64,000 nt of DNA from Planctomycetota bacterium (GTDB lineage Bacteria > Planctomycetota > Planctomycetia > Planctomycetales > Planctomycetaceae), in assembly GCA_030836185.1 (NCBI GenBank), contig JAURQH010000048.1:44433-108432 (forward strand). The letters are read 5' to 3'. Of the stretch, positions 18,602 to 27,654 are shown piece after piece (within the stretch, counting starts at the first letter, position 1; each line of letters opens with the position of its first letter). The translations under genes were made by a program, and so were the position numbers. A model generated the notes under the pieces. The model ran no database searches. It was given only the letters and a program-made list of their open reading frames with translations, and was not told where the DNA came from.

Positions 18602-19405
18602 ATGGGGAGCTTCTTTCGAATTCTGGCCAAGCCGGTCACCCGCTTTCTGGTGGGCGTGATCGCGATCCCGTTGTTTCGTTTATTCATGCGTAAAGTCATT
18701 CGGCTTCAGCAACTGGATGCCGAGCTCGAAAAAGATATGGAGCAATGGTTCCGTGGGTCTTTGGTTTTGCTCGTCGCGACTGCCAATATGGAATTTGCAT
18801 TGTTTGGCTGGTTGTATGAACGACCTGAAACGGTTTCAGCACCAAAAACGACGATTTCAAAAGAAGCCGAAAACTTGACAGAGACCGAGGAGCCATACCT
18901 TACAGGTGAGGAAATTGACGAAAACGGGCAGATGAAAAAAATCTCTGCATTGGGCGTCTTGCTGATGGGCTTACGACTACTGCTCGCCATGAGTGTGATC
19001 GAAATGATGCCCGACCAAGAACTCTTTTCGATCATTCATCCCGGCCCTCCCAAAATCAAATACGACAAATCAAAATCACTCTGGCAACACTTCAGAATCT
19101 ATACTTGGCCGATGCTGCGCGGAATTGTTTGCCAGCATCTGAACCGCTCCTCACCCGTGCTGGCAATTTTGTGTGCGATTTTCATGGGTTGGGTCGGCTG
19201 GCTCTGTTACGGATTGGCCATCACCCAATATCTCATCATCGGGTTGGTGACCTCGAAAGACAAAGCCCTCGACGCACTCTCCGAGTTCGACCGTCAGGTC
19301 GCCTTACGACGTCGGGAATTACTGGACGAATTCGATTACATCGAAGAAGAGGTCCAGCGAAAGAATGCCCAAGCCGCGGAAGCGAATACTGCCGAAGACG
19401 AATAG
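18602..19405 (+). CDS. multi-pass membrane protein, putative RT-associated effector
   Basis: 267 aa, starting 25 nt after the RT stop on the same strand. It has four or five hydrophobic segments (FLVGVIAIPLFRLF, SLVLLVATANMEFALFGWL, ISALGVLLMGLRLLLAMSVI, SPVLAILCAIFMGWVGWLCYGLAITQYLIIGLV). The C-terminal tail is acidic and coiled-coil-like. No family recognised. Confidence 0.6.
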   Translation: MGSFFRILAKPVTRFLVGVIAIPLFRLFMRKVIRLQQLDAELEKDMEQWFRGSLVLLVATANMEFALFGWLYERPETVSAPKTTISKEAENLTETEEPYLTGEEIDENGQMKKISALGVLLMGLRLLLAMSVIEMMPDQELFSIIHPGPPKIKYDKSKSLWQHFRIYTWPMLRGIVCQHLNRSSPVLAILCAIFMGWVGWLCYGLAITQYLIIGLVTSKDKALDALSEFDRQVALRRRELLDEFDYIEEEVQRKNAQAAEANTAEDE

Positions 19406-19408
19406 TTG

Positions 19409-19436
19409 TTGACAGAATTTCGCGTACGACGACAAT
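19409..19436 (+). promoter_or_regulatory. candidate sigma-70-type promoter for the downstream frameshifted gene
   Basis: TTGACA (19409..19414), a 16-nt spacer, then GACAAT (19431..19436). An AGGAG Shine-Dalgarno (19457..19461) sits 7 nt before ATG 19469. This is a consensus match only. Confidence 0.3.
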
Positions 19437-19468
19437 TGATGCGATCCTGTCGGAATAGGAGTTCATCA

Positions 19469-20303
19469 ATGCGACTGCAATCACTACTTGTCAGCTTGAT
19501 ATGCTTGATAGTGCCCCCTCAAGGTAAATGCTGAGGATGATCCTCGACTCACGAAAATTCTGGAGAGTTGGAAGACCGCCCCCGAAGGTCTAGAAAGTTG
19601 TCATATCTCAGGTAGGCTTTTTCACTACGACCATGTTTTCGAAAAAGAGAGTCGTGCAGAGTTTAGGATTCACTGGGACCGACGGAAAAAGAGAGAATTC
19701 TCTACATTACCAGCCGAAATATCTCCACTCGCGGTTTCTCAAATTCTCAATCGATGTGGCATACCCTATCAGTTCGAAAAGTCAGCACACTCGAAATTCA
19801 TCTGGTCATTAGACAACACTGTCTCACAAATAGACTGGGAGACAAGAAAAGAAACTCACCTTGGGATTGCCGGGAATGAGTATTACAGTGCCCTTGAACA
19901 CCTTAATTTTGCAATTCATCCCGCTTTAAGCAAACTCACCGATAAGTACGAATGGCAAATTAAAGAAGAAAAAAAAGATTGTTACGAATTAATCGGAGTC
20001 CGACCTTACGCCCGAGGAGAGTTGAGCGTATTTAGCCAAAACAAAGCAAGCAATTCAGAGAACACTCAACAAGTCCATCTCATCGTCAGCAAAAACGATC
20101 ATTCCATTAGGGCGGTCAAGCTTCCAAATCCTGCAAAAACAGTAGAAAAGGTGTTTGTGATAACAAAAAGAGAGTTCAGCCCACGCACCACAACTATTTG
20201 CTTTTTTGATTGGGATAAGACACCACGGAAAACGGCAACTCAGCCTGAAACTTACTCGTCACAAAATCCGCTTTATGCAGTGATTGAAATGCTCCTTCCC
20301 TAA
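19469..20303 (+). pseudogene. secreted hypothetical protein gene interrupted by a +1 frameshift in a C5 run
   Basis: The ATG at 19469 encodes a signal peptide (MRLQSLLVSLICLIVPPQGKC) and stops at 19532..19534. The +1 frame is open from 19512 to 20303 (264 codons) with no ATG/GTG/TTG before 20022. Removing one C from CCCCC (19514..19518) gives a continuous ~277-aa protein with a VNA-ED signal cleavage-like site. Confidence 0.6.
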
Positions 20304-20401
20304 TCATTTACGTAACCGACAACTTACTCGCCGCGAGTGGTCAGGATTGCTAGAATAAGTCTCTCAAATTCAAGAACTGCAATTTCCGATCAGAGACACC
20401 C

Positions 20402-21778
20402 ATGAGCCTTTCTATCACCAAAATTGACTGTTCCCAGGACGCTGCCGAAGATCTCTTCAGTCAGTTACGTGAAAAATTGAGCCCGCGTGGAGACGTCGTC
20501 TCCGAAGCCGGTAAACAGCGCACGATGGAACTGTTTGGCGAGCCACTCTCTCCCCAGCAAGTCGTCGAAAAAATCTGCCGGGATGTGCAGGAAGGTGGAT
20601 TGAAATCACTCCTCGATTACTCGGCCAAACTCGACGGCAAACAGCTCACACTCGAAACGATGCGAGTGTCGGAAGCAGAACTCGATGCGGCACACGAGGC
20701 GGCTGATGACAACTATTTGGAAACCATTCGTCGAATTCGAGAAAGCATCATTCTGTTTCAGAGTGAAATCCTGCCTGAGAATGTGCAAATCATTCGCGAA
20801 GTCGGTAGTGGAGCAGGGGAGATCGATCTCAGGCAACGATATTTGCCCCTCAAACGCATCGGGATTTGTGTTCCCGGTGGTGCTGCCGCGTATCCCTCGA
20901 CGTTATTGATGACAGCCGTACCAGCCCAAACAGCCGGCGTCGCGGAAATTGTTGTCGTTGTACCTCCCACGGAGTTTGGTGGCTATAACACTGATCTATT
21001 GGCGGCGTGCAAAGAAATCGGTGTGACTGAAGTCTATCGTGTGGGGGGCGCCCAAGCGGTGGCCGCCCTCGCTTATGGTGTTGAAGGAATCGAACGGGTC
21101 GACAAAATTGTTGGTCCCGGGAACCTGTTTGTGGCACTTGCGAAGAAACATGTCTTCGGTGAAGTCGATATCGATAGCATTGCCGGACCGAGCGAAGTGA
21201 TTGTGCTTGCCGACAAAACCGCCAATCCTGAATACATCGCCGCCGACCTGATCTCACAAGCCGAGCATAGTCCCGGTTCGGGCGTGTTGATTACCTGGCA
21301 TGCTCCTCTGATTGATGCGGTTCACGCGGCGCTGGAATCGCAGTTAGAAACGCTCGAACGGGGAGATCTTGCCCGTCGTGCCCTTGAAGACTACGGCGCG
21401 TTGATTCTCGCCCGCGATGCAGACGAAGCCGCGCGATTAACGGATTTACTCGCCCCCGAGCATTTGCACATCTCGATGGATGACCCTGAATCAATGCTCG
21501 AACAAGTCCAGAACGCCGGTGCGATCTTCATGGGAAATTTCACACCCGTCGCATTGGGTGACTATCTTGCCGGTCCTTCGCACGTCTTACCAACAGGAGG
21601 GACCGCACGATTCGCGAACGGACTCAGCTCGATTGATTTTCTCAAACGATCGTCGATCATTGGCTATAACCGTGAGGCGCTTGCAGAAGCCGACCGAGAT
21701 CTCAAGTTGATGACCGACAAAGAAGGACTGACCGCTCATTACGCCAGCGCGGCAATTCGCTTGCAACCGGAGCCTTGA
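20402..21778 (+). CDS. hisD: histidinol dehydrogenase
   Basis: 458 aa with HisD-typical segments. These are GICVPGGAAAYPSTLLM, AGPSEVIVLAD, DLISQAEHSPGS and GDYLAGPSHVLPTGGTARF. Confidence 0.95.
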   Translation: MSLSITKIDCSQDAAEDLFSQLREKLSPRGDVVSEAGKQRTMELFGEPLSPQQVVEKICRDVQEGGLKSLLDYSAKLDGKQLTLETMRVSEAELDAAHEAADDNYLETIRRIRESIILFQSEILPENVQIIREVGSGAGEIDLRQRYLPLKRIGICVPGGAAAYPSTLLMTAVPAQTAGVAEIVVVVPPTEFGGYNTDLLAACKEIGVTEVYRVGGAQAVAALAYGVEGIERVDKIVGPGNLFVALAKKHVFGEVDIDSIAGPSEVIVLADKTANPEYIAADLISQAEHSPGSGVLITWHAPLIDAVHAALESQLETLERGDLARRALEDYGALILARDADEAARLTDLLAPEHLHISMDDPESMLEQVQNAGAIFMGNFTPVALGDYLAGPSHVLPTGGTARFANGLSSIDFLKRSSIIGYNREALAEADRDLKLMTDKEGLTAHYASAAIRLQPEP

Positions 21779-22144
21779 TTACGATTGAATGCCGACGATG
21801 GCTTCATCGACAGAATCGTAGAGTGTCCAGAGTTGATCAAGATGTGTGATTTCAATCACTTCCTTACAATATGGCATGAGGCCACTCAGGACAAACTTGC
21901 CTCCGTCTCGTGCCTGCAATCGAGTCCAGGCCCGGAAGATCAACTCGATAAAAGAAGAGCCAAAGAATTTTGTGTGAGAGAGATCCAGCACGACCAGCGG
22001 CGGATCAGCCTCATCAACGGCTTTCAGAATGAGGTTTCGAAGGTCGGTCAGTACCGCTTCATCGAGGTTCTCATACTCCTCGCCCAGCTCAATGACAGTC
22101 ACTTCATCTTGTTGATATACACGTGGTGAGGTGATTTCGGTCAT
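21779..22144 (-). CDS. STAS-domain anti-sigma-factor antagonist
   Basis: 121 aa with the typical SpoIIAA-like pattern VTVIEL.GE...., VVLDLSHTKFFGSSFIELI, followed by a C-terminal L...V..I. Confidence 0.75.
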   Translation of the reverse strand: MTEITSPRVYQQDEVTVIELGEEYENLDEAVLTDLRNLILKAVDEADPPLVVLDLSHTKFFGSSFIELIFRAWTRLQARDGGKFVLSGLMPYCKEVIEITHLDQLWTLYDSVDEAIVGIQS

Positions 22145-22277
22145 AATTACGTCTCAATTTCTGCACAATGAACAGTGGCCCTGTCGATCGACTTCTCTAT
22201 CTTACGATGAGTCGATTGAATATCGCAAGATAGCACCCGGTTCGAGACCGTTTTTTTTCGTTTCCCACCAATTGGTT

Positions 22278-23441
22278 CTACTGGAGAATCACGGGGACTT
22301 CCAGCGGCTGATTCTGACGAAAAATCGTTAAAATCACCCGATCACCGGGACGATATCGGGAGAGTGCCTGGTTCACTTTTGAGGGATGATCGATGAGTTC
22401 GTCCTCAATGGCGAGAATAATATCACCGCTGATCACCTGCTCGTATCGAGTTAATACCATTCCCTGAATACCGGCTTTTTCGGCAGGACCGCCGGGAAAG
22501 ACCGCTATCACCTGAACCCCCAATTGACGGTTTTCCCCCGTCTCGATATTCCTGACTGTTGCTAAAAAATCTGTCGTTTTGACCCCCAAAGTTGGAAGTG
22601 TTTGCAGAGGATTCTTTGACATCTTATCGATGGCATCTCGCACCGTATCAACGGGAATGGCAAAACCAAAACCGGCCGGCGCACGAATGATGGCCGTATT
22701 GACGCCAATCAAACGGCCTTCACTATCCAAGAGAGGCCCCCCCGAATTCCCGGGATTGATTGACGCATCGGTCTGAATGGCTCTTTGAATCTCTGAGCCA
22801 CTCTCCAGAGGCAACAACTGATCGAGACCACTGATCACACCTTTCGTAAGTGTCAAATCAAGCCCCAAAGGATACCCCAATGCAATGACAGTCTGCCCCA
22901 CTTTCAAATCGGCCGATGTCCCAACGGGTATGGGATGCAAACTCTCCGCCGGAGCTTCAATTTTCAGCACGGCGAGATCCTGTTCGGGAGAGGCACCGAC
23001 CACCTTCGCCTCGTAGACCGATTCATCGGCCAATTGCACGGTCGCACCATCGGCGTTTTGAATCACATGAAAGTTGGTCACAATATGACCGCTTTTGTCC
23101 CAAATGAAACCCGTTCCGACTCCCGCCTGGTTTTCTTCGACGGAAAACCGAAAACCGAGACGCGCCTCCAGAGTATATTTCCGGGTTTGAATGAAGACCG
23201 TTGAATTCTTGAGTTCTTCAAAAAGCTGGATCGTCGCCTGTTCGTCTGCTCCCAACTCACCGCGAGGTGTGATCTTGCGGGATTGAAGCGGGCTATTCAG
23301 AGTCCCCGAACGATCCATGTTCTGAAAAACTAACACTCCCACCAACACCATCAGAATCATGACCAACAGAAACTGTTGGGAACCACCGGTCCTCTGGGGA
23401 TTGAATTGGGGATCAAGTTGAGAATCGGGAGAAACGCTCAT
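22278..23441 (-). CDS. HtrA/DegP-family trypsin-like serine protease with PDZ domain
   Basis: 387 aa with an N-terminal TM segment. The catalytic triad context is GHIVTNFHV (His), DLAVLKI (Asp) and GNSGGPLLD (Ser). The C-terminal PDZ has PAEKAGIQ. Confidence 0.85.
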   Translation of the reverse strand: MSVSPDSQLDPQFNPQRTGGSQQFLLVMILMVLVGVLVFQNMDRSGTLNSPLQSRKITPRGELGADEQATIQLFEELKNSTVFIQTRKYTLEARLGFRFSVEENQAGVGTGFIWDKSGHIVTNFHVIQNADGATVQLADESVYEAKVVGASPEQDLAVLKIEAPAESLHPIPVGTSADLKVGQTVIALGYPLGLDLTLTKGVISGLDQLLPLESGSEIQRAIQTDASINPGNSGGPLLDSEGRLIGVNTAIIRAPAGFGFAIPVDTVRDAIDKMSKNPLQTLPTLGVKTTDFLATVRNIETGENRQLGVQVIAVFPGGPAEKAGIQGMVLTRYEQVISGDIILAIEDELIDHPSKVNQALSRYRPGDRVILTIFRQNQPLEVPVILQ

Positions 23442-23620
23442 AAATCCAGTTCTTGCGAGTCATTGAAAGACCCCTTGAGTTTACCGACGATTCCGTCCGA
23501 CAACAAATCCAGTCTGTGAAAGCCCTCAAAAGAGTCTTCTCAAATCCAATTCTCACGCAAAGACCGGGTATTCTGAGCCAATTGGGTCTGTTATGATACA
23601 AAAGCCCTAATTGGAACCTT

Positions 23621-24775
23621 GTGATGAATGACTCTGCTTCAAAATCGGAATCCGTGACGCGACGAGACTTTTTGCGTGTTGGCGGTATGGGAGTGGTCGG
23701 CTTGAAACTGGCTGAAAAAGCCCGCGCCATGCACCCCTCTCATAAACCACGCAATTGTATTCTGATCCAACTTGCTGGCGGCCCAAGCCAATTGGAAACA
23801 TTCGATCCGAAACCCGAAGCACCGCGCGAAATCCGCGGACCATTGCGTTCCATTCAAACATCCATTCCGTCAGTTTCGATCAGTGAGTCGCTCCCGAAAA
23901 TTGCCGAGCGAATGGATCAGATGACACTGATTCGCAGCTTGTCTCACCGGGAAGCCCCCATCCACGAAACCGGCTTACAACTCTTGCATACCGGTCGACT
24001 CGCACGCGGAAACATTCAATACCCCTCGTTCGGCTCGGTCATTAAACGCATCTTCGGAGAAGAAGGGGAAAGCTTCGCCGTTCTTCCCGGCCACCTCAGC
24101 GGAACCGGCGTGAACACGTGGCGCGGACAAGGTGCCGGATTCCTCGGAACAGAATTCGAGCCGGTCATCCCCATTGATCTTCCCGAAGAACGCGAACAGA
24201 TTCGTGCATCGTATGGCAATCATCGTTCCGGAAAATTACTGCTGCAAGCTCGACAACTTGTCGAACGGGGAACACGAGTTGTCGTAGTCAATCTGTACGA
24301 CCAGCTACATGGCGAAATTTCCTGGGATGCTCACGGTCAACCCCCACACAGTCCCACCACGATGAGAGACATTGTGGAAAAGGTTTGTCCACAATTTGAC
24401 CAGGCATTCGCGGCATTGATTGACGACCTTCGACAACGAGGACTGTTCGATCAAACTGTTGTCTTGGCCTGTGGAGAAATGGGACGAACTCCCGTCATCA
24501 ATCCCTTCGGTGGACGTGATCACTGGACGCGAGCGTTTTCGTGTATCGTCGCAGGTGACGGCATCCCACGTGGACAGGTCGTCGGTGCCACAGACGCAAC
24601 CGCCTCAGAGGTGATCGAGCGTCCGGTACAGCTTCCCGAACTCACCGCATCACTTTATCATCTGCTAGGTGTGCCACGAAACACCCTATTAACTCTCGAT
24701 GATGAAAATGAAGTCCCACTGATCGAAGCCGAACCGATGCCCGAACTCGTCGGTGAACAAGTTCAATCGGTTTAA
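23621..24775 (+). CDS. DUF1501 domain protein (sulfatase-like fold, TAT signal)
   Basis: 384 aa with the leader TRRDFLRVGGMGVVG. It also carries LAGGPSQLETFDPKP and GEMGRTPVINPFGGRDHW, which are hallmark DUF1501 segments. Confidence 0.85.
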   Translation: MMNDSASKSESVTRRDFLRVGGMGVVGLKLAEKARAMHPSHKPRNCILIQLAGGPSQLETFDPKPEAPREIRGPLRSIQTSIPSVSISESLPKIAERMDQMTLIRSLSHREAPIHETGLQLLHTGRLARGNIQYPSFGSVIKRIFGEEGESFAVLPGHLSGTGVNTWRGQGAGFLGTEFEPVIPIDLPEEREQIRASYGNHRSGKLLLQARQLVERGTRVVVVNLYDQLHGEISWDAHGQPPHSPTTMRDIVEKVCPQFDQAFAALIDDLRQRGLFDQTVVLACGEMGRTPVINPFGGRDHWTRAFSCIVAGDGIPRGQVVGATDATASEVIERPVQLPELTASLYHLLGVPRNTLLTLDDENEVPLIEAEPMPELVGEQVQSV

Positions 24776-25548
24776 GTGCTTTCGGCAACGCGAACCGACT
24801 CCGGCCACCAAGCGGGCAGGGGAGCAGTGACCGTGACTTCGTCGTAGCGAATGGGGTGTTTGAACGTCAATTCTCGAGCGTGCAAAAGTATCCCCGCGCG
24901 ATCCTCCAGAAGTTCTCCACCATACAGCTCGTCTCCCACAACGGGGAAACCTCTGGAGGCCAGTTGCCAACGAATTTGATGCATCCGACCGGTGATCAAT
25001 TCAATCTGGCAGATTGCATAACCGCCATAATCGCCCGGCAACATCTCATAGTTGAGTTTCGCCTCTTTGGCGGCAGGGTCATCGGGATTGCCGGCGTGAG
25101 TGCGTGCTTCCGTGGGATGCTTCTTCATCCAATCGGTCAGCATTCCCGTCTCTTGTTCAGGGCGAGTCTTCAAGACGGCCCAATAAATCTTTTTGATGCT
25201 TCTTTCGGCAAACTGTTCGGACAATCGAGCCGCACATTTGGAATTCCGCGAGAACACAATGGCACCTGAGACCGGCTTATCCAACCGATGAGGAATACCA
25301 AGATAGACGTTGCCCGACTTTTCGTACTTCACAGAAAGGTACTGCTTAACCCGCGTGACAACTGCATCACCACCTCGTGGTGGCGTGTCGGTCATTAAGC
25401 CGGCGGGTTTGTTGACGACAATCACCGGTCCATCTTCCAGGAGAATGGAGAGTTCATTGCCAGACTTTTGAGATTCTTCGTCGACGACGTTCAAATCATA
25501 TCCAGCTTGTGATGACGCCGTTGTGGAGGTGCCGAACAGGTGGCACAA
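24772..25548 (-). CDS. RluA-family pseudouridine synthase
   Basis: 258 aa with VVNKPAGLMT and the catalytic HRLDKPVSG motif. The true start may be the TTG at 25494, which overlaps the TGA stop of the upstream Fur-family gene (TTGA). Its 3' end overlaps the convergent DUF1501 gene by 4 nt. Confidence 0.85.
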   Translation of the reverse strand: MCHLFGTSTTASSQAGYDLNVVDEESQKSGNELSILLEDGPVIVVNKPAGLMTDTPPRGGDAVVTRVKQYLSVKYEKSGNVYLGIPHRLDKPVSGAIVFSRNSKCAARLSEQFAERSIKKIYWAVLKTRPEQETGMLTDWMKKHPTEARTHAGNPDDPAAKEAKLNYEMLPGDYGGYAICQIELITGRMHQIRWQLASRGFPVVGDELYGGELLEDRAGILLHARELTFKHPIRYDEVTVTAPLPAWWPESVRVAEST

Positions 25549-26000
25549 ACACCGTGGCCTTCGAGTCGATGATGAGACAGCCGAAATCCGAATTCCGCGG
25601 CAATTTCTTCAACCATTTGGCGTATTTTATCGTTCGAGAACTCCGTGAGCTCGCCACATTTTTCACAAATGAAATGGTCGTGCTGAGCGTAACCGTAATC
25701 GTGTTCAAAGACATCCTTGTCATTCTGCCGGGCGACTTTGCGAATCATTCCGGCTTCTTCAAGCAACCCGAGAACCCGATAAACCGTCGAACGACTCACA
25801 CTTCGACCATCTTTACGATGTGAGACACGTTCGATAATGGTATCCGCATCAAAGTGTTCATGATCGGCAAAAACTTCTTCGACAAATATCATCCGCTCAC
25901 GAGTCAGACGCATCCCACGAGTTGTGAGATACTCCTGAAACTTTTCGGTGGGACTGATGGCAACATCAACAGAACTGACTTCTTTCACAGCGGACTCCAA
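25491..26000 (-). CDS. Fur-family transcriptional regulator
   Basis: 169 aa with the winged-helix segment SRSTVYRVLGLLEEAGMI. Metal-site motifs are HDHFICEKCG and H.....C..C. Specificity (Fur, Zur or PerR) cannot be called from sequence alone. Confidence 0.85.
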   Translation of the reverse strand: MESAVKEVSSVDVAISPTEKFQEYLTTRGMRLTRERMIFVEEVFADHEHFDADTIIERVSHRKDGRSVSRSTVYRVLGLLEEAGMIRKVARQNDKDVFEHDYGYAQHDHFICEKCGELTEFSNDKIRQMVEEIAAEFGFRLSHHRLEGHGVCATCSAPPQRRHHKLDMI

Positions 26001-26042
26001 TTGGTGTAGAGCGATGGGCTCGACCTTTCTTCAAGGTGTGGT

Positions 26043-26327
26043 CTATTCAGATTCAATTTCTTTAAGCAAATTCCCAAGTGCCGACTCCAACTTCTCAGGA
26101 GTCTCGTAAACTCCCGCTTTGATGTCTGCTTTGATCCGATCAAGCCGCGCTTGATGCAAATCAGAGGATTGATCCAATTCTTCCATCATTTTGGCGGCTT
26201 GCGAAATTTCAACGCCGTCTTTCGGTGCCACGGAATCTGACTGAGTCGTTTCCTGAATCGAGCCGGCTTGTTGAGTCGGTTGAATCGGAGTCGACGAGCG
26301 GATTGGGCTGGGTCCGTTCACGTCCAT
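26043..26327 (-). CDS. flgM: anti-sigma-28 factor FlgM
   Basis: 94 aa. The N-terminus looks disordered, and the C-terminus RLDRIKADIKAGVYETPEKLESALGNLL matches the FlgM C-terminal helix pattern. Confidence 0.65.
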   Translation of the reverse strand: MDVNGPSPIRSSTPIQPTQQAGSIQETTQSDSVAPKDGVEISQAAKMMEELDQSSDLHQARLDRIKADIKAGVYETPEKLESALGNLLKEIESE

Positions 26328-26508
26328 GGTTGCTCCCTCAAAGTCTTAACTGAACACGATTTATTATACAAAGCGTGTCTAACACTAGCAAAAAATGCCA
26401 GTTGGGATCAACCTCCGTCTGAGAGAATCACTCCTCCTGCCGAGTTGGAACAACCGACTTAAACACTTTGGACTGTTGAAATTACGAATTCTCAGCTAAT
26501 TTCAACAA

Positions 26509-27594
26509 TCAACGGTAGGCATAGGGATGGGACTCCTGCATTTTCACATTCGCCAAACCCGTTGACATCGCCTCTTTCACAGCCTTGACTGAATCCTGAA
26601 TCTCCTGCTCGGAGATATCCAAATGTGTACAAGCCCGAATACGTTGATTCCCCAACGCCAACACTTTGACTCCCCGGCTGAGTAGCGCCATCACCAGTTG
26701 CTCCGCGGTTCCGGCTGACTCTTCGACATCGAAGAAGACCAAGTTTGATTCGACTGCATCAAGGTCGATATTCAAACCGTCAATGCCGCTGATTTGTTCT
26801 GCCAACATGCGGGCATGTCGATGATCTTCAGCCAGTTTGTCAATGTGATGATCGAGAGCATAAATTGCGGCGGCTGCCCCAATGCCCGCCTGTCTCAACG
26901 ATCCCCCCAAAATTTTTCGCCCTCGTCGCGCGGTGTCGATGTCTGCCTGAGAGCCAACCAATATCGAACCAAACGGACAACCAAGCCCTTTGGAAAAACA
27001 AATGGAGATGGTGTCAATGTGAGGGACCAACTCTGCCGGTTCATAGCCTCCCCCGACGCAGGCGTTAAAAAATCTCGCGCCGTCGAGATGAGTTTTATAG
27101 CCTTGCTGTTGTGACCATTGTGAAACACTTAAAAATTGATCCAATGGCCAGACCCGTCCACCACCTTTGTTCGTCGTATTTTCAAAACAAACCAAACGGG
27201 ACATCGGAAAATGCTGATCGACCGGATGTAGGACTGATTCCACATCAGCCACCTCGAACATCCCACCCACTCCACTAAATATCCGACAGGTCACACCATG
27301 CAGAACCGCCGGAGCACCACCTTCGTAGTTGGCGATATGGCCATCTTGATGAATCAATAACTCGTCACCCGCTCGGCAGTGCGCCCATACTCCCAACTGA
27401 TTCGATTGCGTTCCCGAACAAGCAAACAAGGCCGCCTCTTTACCGAGCAGTTCGGCCATTCGCCGTTCGAGTTCGTTGACAGTCGGGTCTTCACCCCACA
27501 TGTCATCGCCAACTTCCGCCGAGGCAATGGCCTCTCGCATGCCGTCCGTCGGTTTGGTGACCGTGTCGCTACGCAGATCAATCGATTGAATCAT
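26509..27594 (-). CDS. ltaE: low-specificity L-threonine aldolase (PLP-dependent)
   Basis: 361 aa with the N-terminal IDLRSDTVTKPT.GMREA. It also has GTQSNQL and the PLP-lysine context CFSKGLG. Confidence 0.85.
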   Translation of the reverse strand: MIQSIDLRSDTVTKPTDGMREAIASAEVGDDMWGEDPTVNELERRMAELLGKEAALFACSGTQSNQLGVWAHCRAGDELLIHQDGHIANYEGGAPAVLHGVTCRIFSGVGGMFEVADVESVLHPVDQHFPMSRLVCFENTTNKGGGRVWPLDQFLSVSQWSQQQGYKTHLDGARFFNACVGGGYEPAELVPHIDTISICFSKGLGCPFGSILVGSQADIDTARRGRKILGGSLRQAGIGAAAAIYALDHHIDKLAEDHRHARMLAEQISGIDGLNIDLDAVESNLVFFDVEESAGTAEQLVMALLSRGVKVLALGNQRIRACTHLDISEQEIQDSVKAVKEAMSTGLANVKMQESHPYAYR

Positions 27595-27654
27595 CAGGAT
27601 TCTTTCTATTCTCTTCTGCCGAAAACTGAATGAAGCGAGCGAACGGAAAGAAGT

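Noticed and set aside
19514-19534. Programmed +1 ribosomal frameshift for the 19469..20303 gene
   Set aside because: There is no recognisable shift-prone context of the RF2 type (no internal Shine-Dalgarno plus slow stop arrangement). The break lies in a homopolymer, and similar breaks occur in other genes, so an indel (real or artefactual) is the simpler explanation.
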